Below, piece by piece: positions 53,101 to 64,000 of a DNA stretch of 64,000 bases (its first letter is position 1; the number at the start of each line of letters is the position of its first letter). Both the position numbers and the translations under genes were made by a program. Under the pieces are notes generated by a model, which ran no database searches, was not told the origin of the DNA, and worked only from the letters and a program-made list of their open reading frames with translations. The DNA is from Adineta vaga (lineage: Eukaryota; Animalia; Rotifera), in contig CP075492.1 in NCBI GenBank assembly GCA_021613535.1, positions 12,586,001 to 12,650,000 of the forward strand, read 5' to 3'.

Positions 53101-54773
53101 ATATGCGAATACTCTTATCACTATTGGTTAAGGAAAATGGTGACCATGAAAGACACGAAAAATTGTGGCTTGCGGTAACATAACAAAGAGAAAAAAAAGC
53201 ATTGTGCAAATCAATAAATCAAAAGATGAATCACTAAAACTCTCATATTCAAGAAATATATATGGTTATTCGAGCATATTGATCATCGAAAAAATACAGA
53301 TGATTGAAATATATAAAGAAAAAAAGTCTTTACATCGGGATCGAAAGAAAAACACAAATGGTTGATGATGATGATGATGATGATGTACTTATACAAACTG
53401 TCTGCGGCTCAGATGGTAGCTAATAGAGAATTTTTGTTCTTTTAACTATGCATTCAATCAAGATTTACAACATTCTTCTACACTTGAAACGAATGACGAA
53501 GTACAGATTGGTGTATTGTTAAAAGACGAGATTGGCTTCTTTCGTTCTTTTTCTCGCTCTTCTCTCCTTTCTCTTCGTTCTTTGCTTTTCATCGTATACA
53601 CGCATAATACTCATTACTCGCCTTCTCATTGCGGTTTTTCTCTCATTAGAAACAATCATTTAAAAGATAATCTCATCTATGATACAACGAAATATTATTT
53701 TTGATATATGCACTTGATTTCATAATATAGATCAATATTGTCCTATTTTATCTTTTCGTACAAGTATTTACTTATGATATCAGTATGATTAAAAAAAAGA
53801 AAAGAAAAACATGTTGTTGATAAATATGGTCAATATAACTTCGATGAAATTCTTTTGTAAACTAATGATATCTCACCTGATATTTAAGATTAGCCATTTT
53901 TGTTTCGACTTCATCTGTATGTTGTTTTTGTTGTTGTATTTCTAATTCAAGTTCGGCAACACGATCTTCAGTTACTTTAACAATATCGATGATATATGGA
54001 TCATTAACATAAGGTAATTGATGATTAAATGTTCGTTGCGATGAAGATGATTCTGGTAGCATTTCATCGATATCTAAACGTTGACGACGAAATGGAATTG
54101 TATGTTTATTTCCACCTAAACAGAGAGATTCGATAAGAAAAGTGTCGCGATTGTTTCCTTTTTCAAATCTACCTGGTGTTTGAACAACAGCTTGAAAATT
54201 TTTCTCTTGTAATTCTAAGATTTTATTGTCTTTTTGACGAGATTCTTTTTCTAATGATCGTAACCGATGAATATATTGAGTATTTAAGAATCGAAGATCG
54301 GCATTTTCATGTTCTAATTTTCTCAATTGACTTCTCAGATCTATGGTTGATTGAAAAGAGTGTATAAAAACTTCATAGGAATATTTTTCATACCTTTTAC
54401 ATGGTGATCAAGTTGTTCTCGAGCTTTTAATAATTCTAAATGCAAATCATTATTTTCTTTTACTAATCGAGCATTATCATTCTTATATGGATGAGCTGAT
54501 GATGTTCCATTTGTTGCAGATGATGTGGGTGGCGGAACTGCAGCAGATATTGGTGCATTCTAAGAATAAGAAAAATAGAAAGTTCAATGAGACGAAAATT
54601 TCAAAACTTGATATTACTTCTTTTGCTTTTTTAAGTTCTTCAGTAGTTTGAATAAAGGCTTGGAAAAGTTTTTCTACCAATGGTAATGATTCAATTGCTA
54701 ACGGTTGTTTAAAACCAAATTGATCGAGACGTTTTCGCAATGTCGTATATTTCTGTTCGGATAATGAAGCCAT
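47184..54773 (-). CDS. CEP135: Centrosomal protein CEP135 (Bld10), many exons
   Basis: KYTTLRKRLDQFGFKQPLAIESLPLVEKLF, DNARLVKENNDLHLEL, LRKLEHENADLRFLNTQY, LQEKNFQAVVQTPG|GNKHTIPFRRQR, VENRDREIERL, RRQLTSERFE|REKAAQDLR; long coiled coil. Confidence 0.95.
51857..51882. repeat. (TA)n microsatellite (similar tracts near 6446, 20674, 31876, 38531)
   Basis: Direct reading. Confidence 0.9.
52538..52723 (-). CDS. Candidate internal alternative first exon of CEP135
   Basis: ATG-initiated 62-codon frame (MYSSRRHGSVSDL...SPSTHK) ending at a phase-0 GT donor, inside a ~1.5 kb intron and upstream of the phase-0 VENRDRE exon. Confidence 0.55.
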
Positions 54774-54960
54774 TGTTAACAATCAGATGCTTTCTTTCTT
54801 TTGTTAACTTATGATTTGTTTTTTAGACAACACTCCGAACGGAATTCATTTAAACTTATCTAAATATAAAGAAAACAAACAATTAGTAGATTTAACCATA
54901 TTTTATTTTTATTTTTTAACTAGCGGTTTGTGCAAAGATAGGAGAATGAAAAGAAATGAA

Positions 54961-55008
54961 CCAATGACGTCTTTGCTCTGCCATGGTTCAAGTTGTTCTC
55001 GTGGTAAC
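54961..55008. promoter_or_regulatory. CEP135 upstream region: CCAAT, CRE-like TGACGTC and X-box-like GTTCTCGTGGTAAC (54995-55008)
   Basis: The 14-mer matches the RFX X-box consensus RTHNYYWTRRNRAC with one mismatch, ~220 nt upstream of a basal-body gene. Confidence 0.5.
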
Positions 55009-55765
55009 GTCAACTAAACATGAAGATCCTACTATGAAACAAATGGCAGACCAAAATATAGATCTGCTTTATTGTAATATAGACAATATCGAAACAAATG
55101 TGATGTTGTCATAGATTATACAATGTTATATTCGATAGATGTCTCTGAGCATGAACTGTTATTACATATGATGATTTCAAAGATCTGTGATTTAGATTTC
55201 AGCACACTGTGATCTTCTGATGGATTGATCACTATAAAATATTTGAGATTATCGTTGATTTTTATTAAAAGACTAAAATTGGTGAAACAGTGCCCTTCAC
55301 TGTCAAGTTGCGATTATTAAAACATTGGTGTCGATCATTCTTTGTTGTTGTTCATATCGTTCAATCATTTTTTTCTTCTTCTGTTCATTGTTCCATTGTA
55401 CAATTATACAAAAAGAAAGTATTACATCATCTGATTTCTCTTTCTCTCGAGGAAATTCTCTTACGTAGTAAAAATAAAAGAACCAAACGTCTTCTCTTGT
55501 ATAAATATTCCAAAATTGATCTTTGGTCAAAATCAAGAAGAAAATCTAAGCTGGGTTATATATTTATTCAAATGAATGGCAACTACAAAAGAATGAAATA
55601 AACATTGCTGAGAACAATAACAAAGGCTGGATTTTAATGAGTGAAAAGAAGAAGAAGAAGAGAAATCATGACAGATCGTTTCTAGAGTTTTTACATGCTT
55701 TTATAAAACATCAAAGTGAATAGAGTTTGTTTTTCTTTCAATATATCATCCAATGATGGAATAAT

Positions 55766-57676
55766 TTAGTTTAAAATTTCATCAAGTGAAAACGTTTTCT
55801 GATTATGTTTCATTGTCGAATTTTTTGGTGAAACTGATTTAGCAAAACCAATACGATTATTGCCGAAATCAAATTCTGTATACCATATACCAATAAAAAC
55901 ATCACCAAGAATCCAAAGTGGACCGGCTGGTGGTGGGATATCCATGCCAGCAAAGCCGGATAAGCAAATACTCTTATTAAATTGATTAACAGTTAAAACA
56001 TATTCAGGTCCATCCAAATAGAAATCATTTCCATTAATAGTAAAATGAATACGTGGTAAATTAGGAACTAATTTACAATCAATCATATACTAAAAGAAAT
56101 GATTATCGAAGATGATTGAAACTTTTTTCATAGAACTTACTTCACCACCAGGAATGGGAATAGCACCTAATTTAGAATTGAGACTAGCAATTTCAGCTTT
56201 TGGACCAATTAAAAGACTAGTACCAGTATCAGCAATTCTTAATAGGAAAAGAAATAAACATAAAATATAAAACTCAACTTATTCTTAGTTTTTGTCTCTT
56301 ACGCTTGACAACCACCTTGACAATATTGATTTGAATTAACTGATATTCCATCAAGTTTAAATTGCCAATAATCTTTTCGTGTAACATCAACATATGTAAA
56401 TTCACCTTCATACAATTCAGGATCCGAACCACCTATGCAAAAACATCATAACATGTTCATTTCAATAATGAAATCCTACCGAAAATAATTTCACCACCAC
56501 GTGGATTTTCTGGGTCACTGAAAGCAACAGACACTCAATTTCATATCTCTCTTTTTGTTTCAATCTACTCGTACCGATCGAGCCAAAAGCTGAATACATT
56601 TTCAGGCACTAATTTTTGATCCCACATATTATTGAAAACAGGATAAATACCATCAACAGCAATAGCTGGATAAGCCAAACCAAGAATACCTTTGAAAAAT
56701 AATATATATTGGTAAGATAGAAGCGACAAGTGACAGCAGCTTTCTCTTACCGTCGAATTTTGCTGCAATAAAAGCAATACCAGGTTGTTTAATTGCTTCA
56801 GCAAATCCTTGATTTTGAATTTTAGCATCACCAATCTAAATTCAATAGATTCTAAGAACGAATCAAATTGAAGTTGGTATTCTTACCGTTACTGTATCAA
56901 TGCTAACATAGCCTTGAAGTGAACCAGTACCGTATTGAATCTATTCAATCCAGAAAAAAAACCTTCAGATCACATCATCTACGATGTCTCTTACTTTAAA
57001 TTCTGTTCCATTTGCTACATATGTTGATGATTTTGCACCATTATATTTTCGGTGTAATTCTAATGTAAGAAAAGAAAAACATTTTCTATCAATACCTATT
57101 GAATACATAAAACTTACGGCAAGCAATATCTAAAAGTGAACAATGGATACTAAAATAATCGAAAACATAAGATATATGAGATAGTCATTTGAAAATGAAT
57201 CTATACCTTGGTACCCAGAGATTCGATGAGCCAGTACTAATGAACACAAAAATAATCTTCTATTGTACTATGTATAATACAATCAAATCAACATACTCAA
57301 ATACGACACGAAATATTTGAGCTGGTGTGCCAATACCAATATCACCAAAATATTGAGCCTAGAGAATACAAATTCAATATTAAAAAGAAACTTATTTTTG
57401 TTTTATTTTACATTCATATAATCTTTTAATACTTCAGGAATTGGTCCACCAAGACCATATTTTCGTTCAAATGCATTTAATCGATGTGATTCAACTGAAA
57501 AAAGTTGATCATGAACCGATTCAAAATGATGTAATTTTACTCTGAAAATATTCAATCAAATTTTTCATTCAATTATTTCATTGAATAAAATATACAAACC
57601 GATGAAGACGAGCTTCGTTAGCACAAAAACTCGACAACACACAAATAACAATTGCAAGGCAAGCAAATCCTTGCAT
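55766..57676 (-). CDS. CTSD: Cathepsin D-like lysosomal aspartic protease, ~12 exons
   Basis: Signal peptide; PEVLKDYMN|[18 protein letters not shown]|[34 protein letters not shown]|[37 protein letters not shown]. Confidence 0.95.
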
Positions 57677-57973
57677 GATTTCAATTTCAGATTTGTATCT
57701 ATAAAAAGAAATAGAAGAGAAACGTATGTACGTATATGTATAGAAAAATATGCAGCTGTTTGAAAAGAGATAAGAGACGTTTTCGTACGATGTCTATTAT
57801 TATTTTTTCTATTCGTTCGTTAGACGCGAACGAAGCAAGGAGAAAAATGAACTAGACACAAAAGAAAGTAAAAAGTACACAGTTGCAAGATGAGTCATCC
57901 AATTAAGCATGAATCATTCGATGTTTTGTTTTTTTGTTTCTGATTTAATTAGATGACAGTCCAAGTCATGATT

Positions 57974-59307
57974 TTAGAGTGGTAATAGAATTTTTTTTGT
58001 TAAATGCTGGTTAATGCTCAATTGTTCAAGATTTTTGTGAATAACACTTTTCATTAGTTGACGAATTTTCCTTGTTGTAAGAAGTGTTAATGATACTGGA
58101 CTTTGTTGATATTTCACAATCAATTCATCTACGTGTAGATTTAATGTATCCAGTAAATTTTGTCGTATAGTTTGTGTGACTAACGTATTTTGAATAGGTG
58201 CTGTTATTATTTTCGAAAAATGATTGGTACGAATATTATGAATACTTTGTCTTGTTAAATAACCATAATGAAAAGACAGAGTTAGAAATATTTTCATGTT
58301 AGCCATGGATGGATAAGTAAATGGATCATTATTTGCTTCGAAACAAACACCTGGAATGTAGATTAATTCAAAGAATTTTTCGATACATAATGAATAATTG
58401 ACACAGGGTATTTGATGTAGAAGTATTTGATGTAGACATAAAACGAATGGATTTATGTAGGATATAGAACGACGTTCTTGAAAAAATGTTGAAGCTATTT
58501 GAGAAAAAAATGTGTGCAAAGAATCAATGGATTGAAATGCATCGAGTATAGCACCATGTTCCAAAAGATCCGTAACAATTGGAACACACCAATTGAAAAG
58601 AGCATTTTCAAGACCGGCATTTAATTCGGTTTGCACCTGATCGGGATGGACGGAATAAAGATAATCACGAAAGTAAATATAAATTGTTGGATAATTCGAT
58701 TCTGAATGTAAAGAGAAAGATATGAACAAACGAAATGTTGTATCATAAACTTACCCATTCCACATAGACGTTTGAATGGAGAAACATTATTTACATCTCG
58801 TAAGATTGGATTTGCACCATGTTCAATTAATAATCGAATATAATTTAATCGTTTTATTTGATCTAAATTCCCGGCGACAACAGCAATGGATAGCGGTGTT
58901 TTACAATCCGATAATAAATCATTTGGATTGAAGCCAGATATCAATAGTAATCGAAAAATATTTTCATAATCTTTCGAAATAGCATGATGAATTAATTGAC
59001 AGTTTTCTGTGCTGTTCGGGAACTGATTCGATTGTACATCATCATTGAGATGTAAACAATCGATTGATTTATCAAGGAATTTATTGAGTGTAGGTTTTTG
59101 TAATGAATTTGAATAAATACTCAAGATGGTTTCATGAACTGTTGACGATGGATGATAATCATCAAAGATTGCCTTTAAAATATTTGTTGATTGAGTTGAA
59201 TCTTTGAAATAATTATTTAATTGATCAGTTAAGTCTCGTATACGTTGATCAGTTAATGAAGATATGTTTTTAGCCTTTTTGCGAGCATTTCGTTGCCTTT
59301 TAAACAT
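57974..59307 (-). CDS. Ankyrin-repeat protein with C-terminal SOCS-box-like motif (ASB-like), 2 exons
   Basis: LIHHAI..LLLISGFNPN, TPLSIAV, LLIEHGANP, LLEHGA; C terminus PVSLTLLTTRKIRQLM...LEQLSINQHLTKKI; intron ~58668-58753. Confidence 0.7.
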
Positions 59308-59610
59308 TTGACGAGAAAAATGATTTTATTTTTGTGCAGAAAAACAATCGTAAAAGAAAGTCAACACGTATGACTCATCGGAGAAAAGATAAATATGTTT
59401 TTTCTTCACATAATTTACTAAATCTAAACAATCTAAAGGCAATAAATACTTCTGATCTTATTTCTTACGATACTCTCAAACTAAATTAGTATTAAATATG
59501 ATCTACTAGATGGTACTTTTCCTTTATTCTTCTTCTTTTTTTTTCACAAAAACAATAACAAGAGACGTGAAAACAATATGAGTGTCTTTGTTATCGTCAT
59601 TGATAATTGT

Positions 59611-59820
59611 TTATAATTTAAGTTTGGTACGACGAAAATGACGACGTTTAGAATTGTATCGAATTGTATTTCCTGTACGCATCCGAATCTAAGAAAACAA
59701 AGAAAAACAAAATTTTCAATTTCGAAATACTCATTGACTTACCCATTGTGGTACAGGTCGATTTTGTTTTTGTTTCTTAGCAAGAACCTTCTTGATTTTA
59801 AGAGTCTTATGTGATGCCAT
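59611..59820 (-). CDS. RPL39: 60S ribosomal protein L39 (eL39), 2 coding exons; missed by the ORF track
   Basis: MASHKTLKIKKVLAKKQKQNRPVPQW|IRMRTGNTIRYNSKRRHFRRTKLKL*. Confidence 0.96.
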
Positions 59821-60045
59821 CTAAAACAGCAAATGCAATCCACAAATTTCAATATATGTATATACACATTTCACAATGCTCTCAGGGAAAACTTGGTGAT
59901 TAGTCAACAAGAAAAAATCTTCTGTTGATATAGATTATCATCTTTGAGCATTGGATTTCTTTACAAAAAAACAAACATGCAGAACAAAAATTTCAATATT
60001 ATTATAAACAAAATGGCAGGATTAAGAAAAACTCGCAAAAAAATT

Positions 60046-60310
60046 TTAACCAATACGTGGTTCAACTGTAACAATATTTTTCTCATCAACAAAGACACGA
60101 ATTCGTGATGGATGAAAATCGAGTGTTACTGGTGAATTATCACGAACAGTTTGAATATCAGTAATATCTAAATTCACAAAAAGCAAACTGTAATTCGAAA
60201 GATGAAAATGTTGAGAATGATTTACCTGATTCTTTTTTGATAACTTTAATTGCAGAATCTGCATCTTTCCCAACTAATTCTGGCCAAACGCGTTTTTGTG
60301 CTGCAGACAT
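60046..60310 (-). CDS. Potato inhibitor I family (CI-2/eglin-type) serine protease inhibitor, 2 exons
   Basis: KRVWPELVGK.....IKKE, reactive loop PVTLDF, SRIRVFVD...V...PRIG. Confidence 0.92.
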
Positions 60311-60631
60311 TTTAGTTATCTGGAATAATGTAAACCTGACTGATGAAGAAAATGAAATACGAATATCTGTCGAATAAGACTTCACTACCAATGAATTCAT
60401 CCAACAAATATCTTCACCCTATGAAATAATAATCCAATCAATATTCAATTATTAGAAACAAATATTTCCTTTTTTTTATTGAAAATTAATTGATATCTAT
60501 TCGAAATTTTCTTATTGGTTAGAGGTCGCTAGTGTCTCTTGACATCACGCATTATCCTTCAAAGTTGTCATGTCGCATGACTAGACCAAAGTCCGATATT
60601 TATTTTTTCGATATTTTTAGAGTAGCAAAAC

Positions 60632-61046
60632 ATGACGAACGCCGATCATCATCATTCCTATGAAGATGTGTCTTCGCGAGATGTTGAAATTGATTCTGGT
60701 AGATATACAAAAGAAATGTTGTTGACATTTTTCATATTTCTTGATTGTAATAGAATTAGTGGAATTGGAATCTGCTTTGAACGATATTGAAAAAGCCATG
60801 GATAAAATAGAATCTCAAAATTCTAATATACAAACTAAACTTCGTGATTTACTCGAATCAAATAAAGTAATGGCTAAAGAGTTCAATGATATTCGTTGTG
60901 GAATGTCAAATAAATTTAAAGATGTTACACATGAATTAGAACAAACGCCAGGTACTGCACATGATCTTGCTGCTGTTACATCCAATACATTAAATAAAAT
61001 TGAACAAGAAATGGCTGCAACAAATGATCAAAAGAATATGAAATGA
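60632..61046 (+). CDS. BBLN: Bublin-like coiled-coil protein (UPF0184/C9orf16), 2 exons
   Basis: ELESALNDIEKAMDKIESQNSNIQTKLRDLLESNK resembles the family pattern L.S.LD.I...LD.LE.KN..I...L.ELLESNR. Confidence 0.7.
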
Positions 61047-61188
61047 TATTTTATTCGTTAGGAAAACAAAGACCAAAAACATTTTATTCACATTAGAAAC
61101 ATTCCTTTGCATGCATTTGTTTTCGTTTTTTTGTGTTTTGTTTGTAAGACAATAAACCAATCAGATAAATTTTCGTTTGTTTTAGATT

Positions 61189-61464
61189 ATGTCACTTCTT
61201 ACGCGGACAATTCTTTGTCGAGTATCACAACGTTTTGCAAGTACAGTTGGTGCTCATCCACAAGGTACTCAAGATGATCCATCATTAGCAGCTAATTTTT
61301 TACCCGATTTTACATTTCCACAAGGATTACAAGGTGATATTGTCGATGGATTGAATAAAGATGCTATTTGTCAAGTATGGTTAGAAAAATGTAAACTCTA
61401 TGGTTATAATAATTGTGAAGAGCGTCTTGAACAATTATTACAAAACAATTCAATAAAAAAATAA
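61189..61464 (+). CDS. Small uncharacterised protein with mitochondrial presequence-like N terminus
   Basis: MSLLTRTILCRVSQRFAST (Arg-rich, no acidic residues); host-like codon usage; acceptor AG 4 nt before the ATG. Confidence 0.65.
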   Translation: MSLLTRTILCRVSQRFASTVGAHPQGTQDDPSLAANFLPDFTFPQGLQGDIVDGLNKDAICQVWLEKCKLYGYNNCEERLEQLLQNNSIKK

Positions 61465-64000
61465 TCATTCTATTCGATCTGACTATTTATTTTCTTATAT
61501 ATATATTTCGAAAAAACAATGCTATTTAAAGATAGACTTACTGATGGTTCTATATGTAGTTTATGCCAATAATAAATACATTAACAATATACATATTAGA
61601 TCTCATTGAATTCGTAACCGTCAAAGTTTTGAAATGCTGAGATGTATGTGATGTAATATGTATCGAACAGAATCTGTTATTCGACTACCAAAGCAATTTG
61701 AAAAAAAATGATTTAATGGTTACAGATATCATTTCATTCCAAAGGTTTCTATTAAAAATTCGAAAGTAGATTTCATTTTTCGATTATATTTCAAGGAGAC
61801 ATATTCTAATGATAATTTTTCGATATTGACAAGATATCAATAGATTAAATTACTCTGATCAACCTTTAATTTGACATGATCTCACTTGTATATTATATAC
61901 TCAATTGTTATAAGTATATCCTTAATATATATTGAAATACTTTTGTTATGCTTTCATTTTTTTCTCTCTCTCGAAAAGTACAATATCAATTGAGACAATT
62001 GAATTAAGAATTAAAGTCTTAAAAAAGAAAAAGAAGATACATTGGTTCTTAGAAAAGATTAATAATTTGATCTGTCAATAATATGATGTAAGAATAAGTG
62101 TCATCTTAGTGATGACCTATGATATATCTCTTTCGAATGTCAATAGGATGTCTTACAAATACACAAAAAAAATTCTATTGTTTTCAATTGGAAACAAATG
62201 CCTTTTTTGTTGGTATAAGAAGAAATCAATAGATTTCTTATGTGTTAACAAATTTCCTTTGTTGGTCATTTTATGTTAACTGATATATGATATAGGTCGT
62301 TACATTGTCTGCTCATCTTTCATGAGGTTCAATGCTTATGCAAATGAGCCTTGAACTTCCTTTTAATTTAAATGGATTTAGGCGACAAAGCATTATGAAT
62401 AAGACTTGTAATAAACTGATGATGCAATCTCTAAGAATAAGTAAAAGCAATGACGCCAAACTAAATCTCAATTGACACCTCGATGATGAGAAAAGAAATG
62501 ACAGAAAGACGAACGAACATGTATGAAAAAAAGGAAAGAAAAGAAGAAAGAAAAGAAAGGAAATTTTTTTTCTTTCGAGCTATGAGATGTATTTTCATTA
62601 TTACCAGAGAAATACAAAATTTCATCATTTGACTGATTCTTGTTTTACTACATCTACGTACGTACATGTACAATATTTACACCAAATTACATCCAATTTT
62701 TTTCCTCTTTCCTTCGCAGCTTTTTTTCTTTTATCAATGAACAAAAGTCGGTAGATTGCCGTCCTCGAGAAATAAGATCTTGCCTATGGCGATGTCAACA
62801 ATCTCGTTCCTTTTACTAATATGTACGTATGTATGGATTTATGAGGATATTCATTATCAAACTCTTTTTTTTTTCTTCTTTACTAGAGTTGATTATCAAA
62901 TTTTATAATAGACAAGAATAAAACATACATATATAAGCACGTACACCTACATTCATATAACTACCAGACAAACATAAAGATCTTATATTCATACGCCTGA
63001 AAAAATAAAAGCTCGCTTTCTGTCCAGTATTCCAGTATGTATAAATATATTTATCTTATATTATTTCACACTTACTCTAATACTAAATTGCATTTCTCTG
63101 ATCTTAAAGTCTTACATTTATTCTTCGTCTTATTATTCAATCTGACTTTTAGGTAATACCTCTCATTTTTCTTTTTTTTTCATCGCTTATGAATAGCAGT
63201 TGACTAAATTATAACATCTGTATAAAAATGTTTCATTTTGCCTATCAATTGATTCAAATAACTTATTCCTTTTTTTTCTTCTTCTTCTTCTAATTCGAAA
63301 GAAGAAAAAGTCATCTTTCTAATTATATAGTTTAGTTGGCTAGGAAAGATTTCTTGAGATACATTCATGTACAAATTGGCTCATTAGATAGATATATACA
63401 TATATGTATGTAGATGTGATGCAATTTGAAAATAGTTTTTAATTGAAAAAAATTGAAGATGACCATTGCGAAGAAGAAGAAGAAGAAGAAAAAAATTGCT
63501 CATGCGATTCACATTATTGAACGATATATTTTGAAGATAAGTACATCGCGGCTGAAGATTGATCATAAATGATTCAAATGCATGATAAAAGAGAACGAGA
63601 AGGAGAGAAAGAATAAGTTTATCAATGTCTACACAAGCAATTATATTTTCTAATAGTTGTACATTTTCATTGTTTTATTTGATCAAATTCTCAATTGTCA
63701 CAACAAATAAAATTAAATGAACCGTAGAGAATGACAATGTAATGAGAATATGAAACAATTCAATTATAAGTTTCTTACATCATTAGTTTATTTTCGTCGA
63801 TATGTTCCGTTTTCAATCTTTTCTTTCGTACATCAGTAAATAAAACACCTTGATTATTTGAATATTTGTATAACATGTGTAAGGTTTCTCCAACGGTTGT
63901 TATTCATTATTCAAACATCCTGCCAGAGAAAGAGAGAGAGAGAAAAACATAGAGGTAAGCAAATGAAAAAAAAAGCAAAATCAATTGTTTTCTCTTTCTA

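Noticed and set aside
57812-57834. 8-bp hairpin TTCGTTCG-N7-CGAACGAA upstream of cathepsin D
   Set aside because: Too short to distinguish from chance; no associated element ends.
59635-59637. RPL39 RRHFRR instead of the usual RRHWRR
   Set aside because: Conservative aromatic change at one site; significance cannot be judged without relatives.
62461-63930. Possible minus-strand exons near 62720-62806, 63384-63566 and 63850-63920
   Set aside because: Splice-like signals exist but no consistent reading frame or recognisable protein could be assembled.

Overview
AT-rich (roughly 30% GC by eye), gene-dense animal nuclear DNA with many ~50-65 nt GT-AG introns. The mix of metazoan genes (two T-box, tincar, CEP135, Mp20), expanded F-box/LRR genes and intron-containing genes of bacterial/fungal type points to a bdelloid rotifer (inference). 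About 27 genes or gene remnants can be read: ADAT2, a ROK fructokinase, a TFIIS-N protein, CTR9, DMAP1, a secreted cystatin-like acidic protein, two F-box/LRR genes (one with an in-frame stop), a divergent eIF2-alpha, COQ6, a class M sirtuin (SirTM-type), two Mp20/transgelin paralogs, two T-box genes, tincar, CEP135, cathepsin D, an ankyrin/SOCS-box-like gene, RPL39, a potato-inhibitor-I protein, bublin and several unknowns. The most notable observations: (1) a stand-alone, intron-bearing SirTM-type ADP-ribosyltransferase, a family known from bacteria and fungi; (2) an eIF2-alpha whose Ser51 motif reads ELSPRR instead of ELSRRR; (3) operon-like tightly spaced genes with unpaired splice acceptors; (4) a bacterial-type fructokinase with an intron; (5) a reciprocally decayed duplication with a microhomology deletion. 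Exon joins were assembled by eye and no database searches were run.
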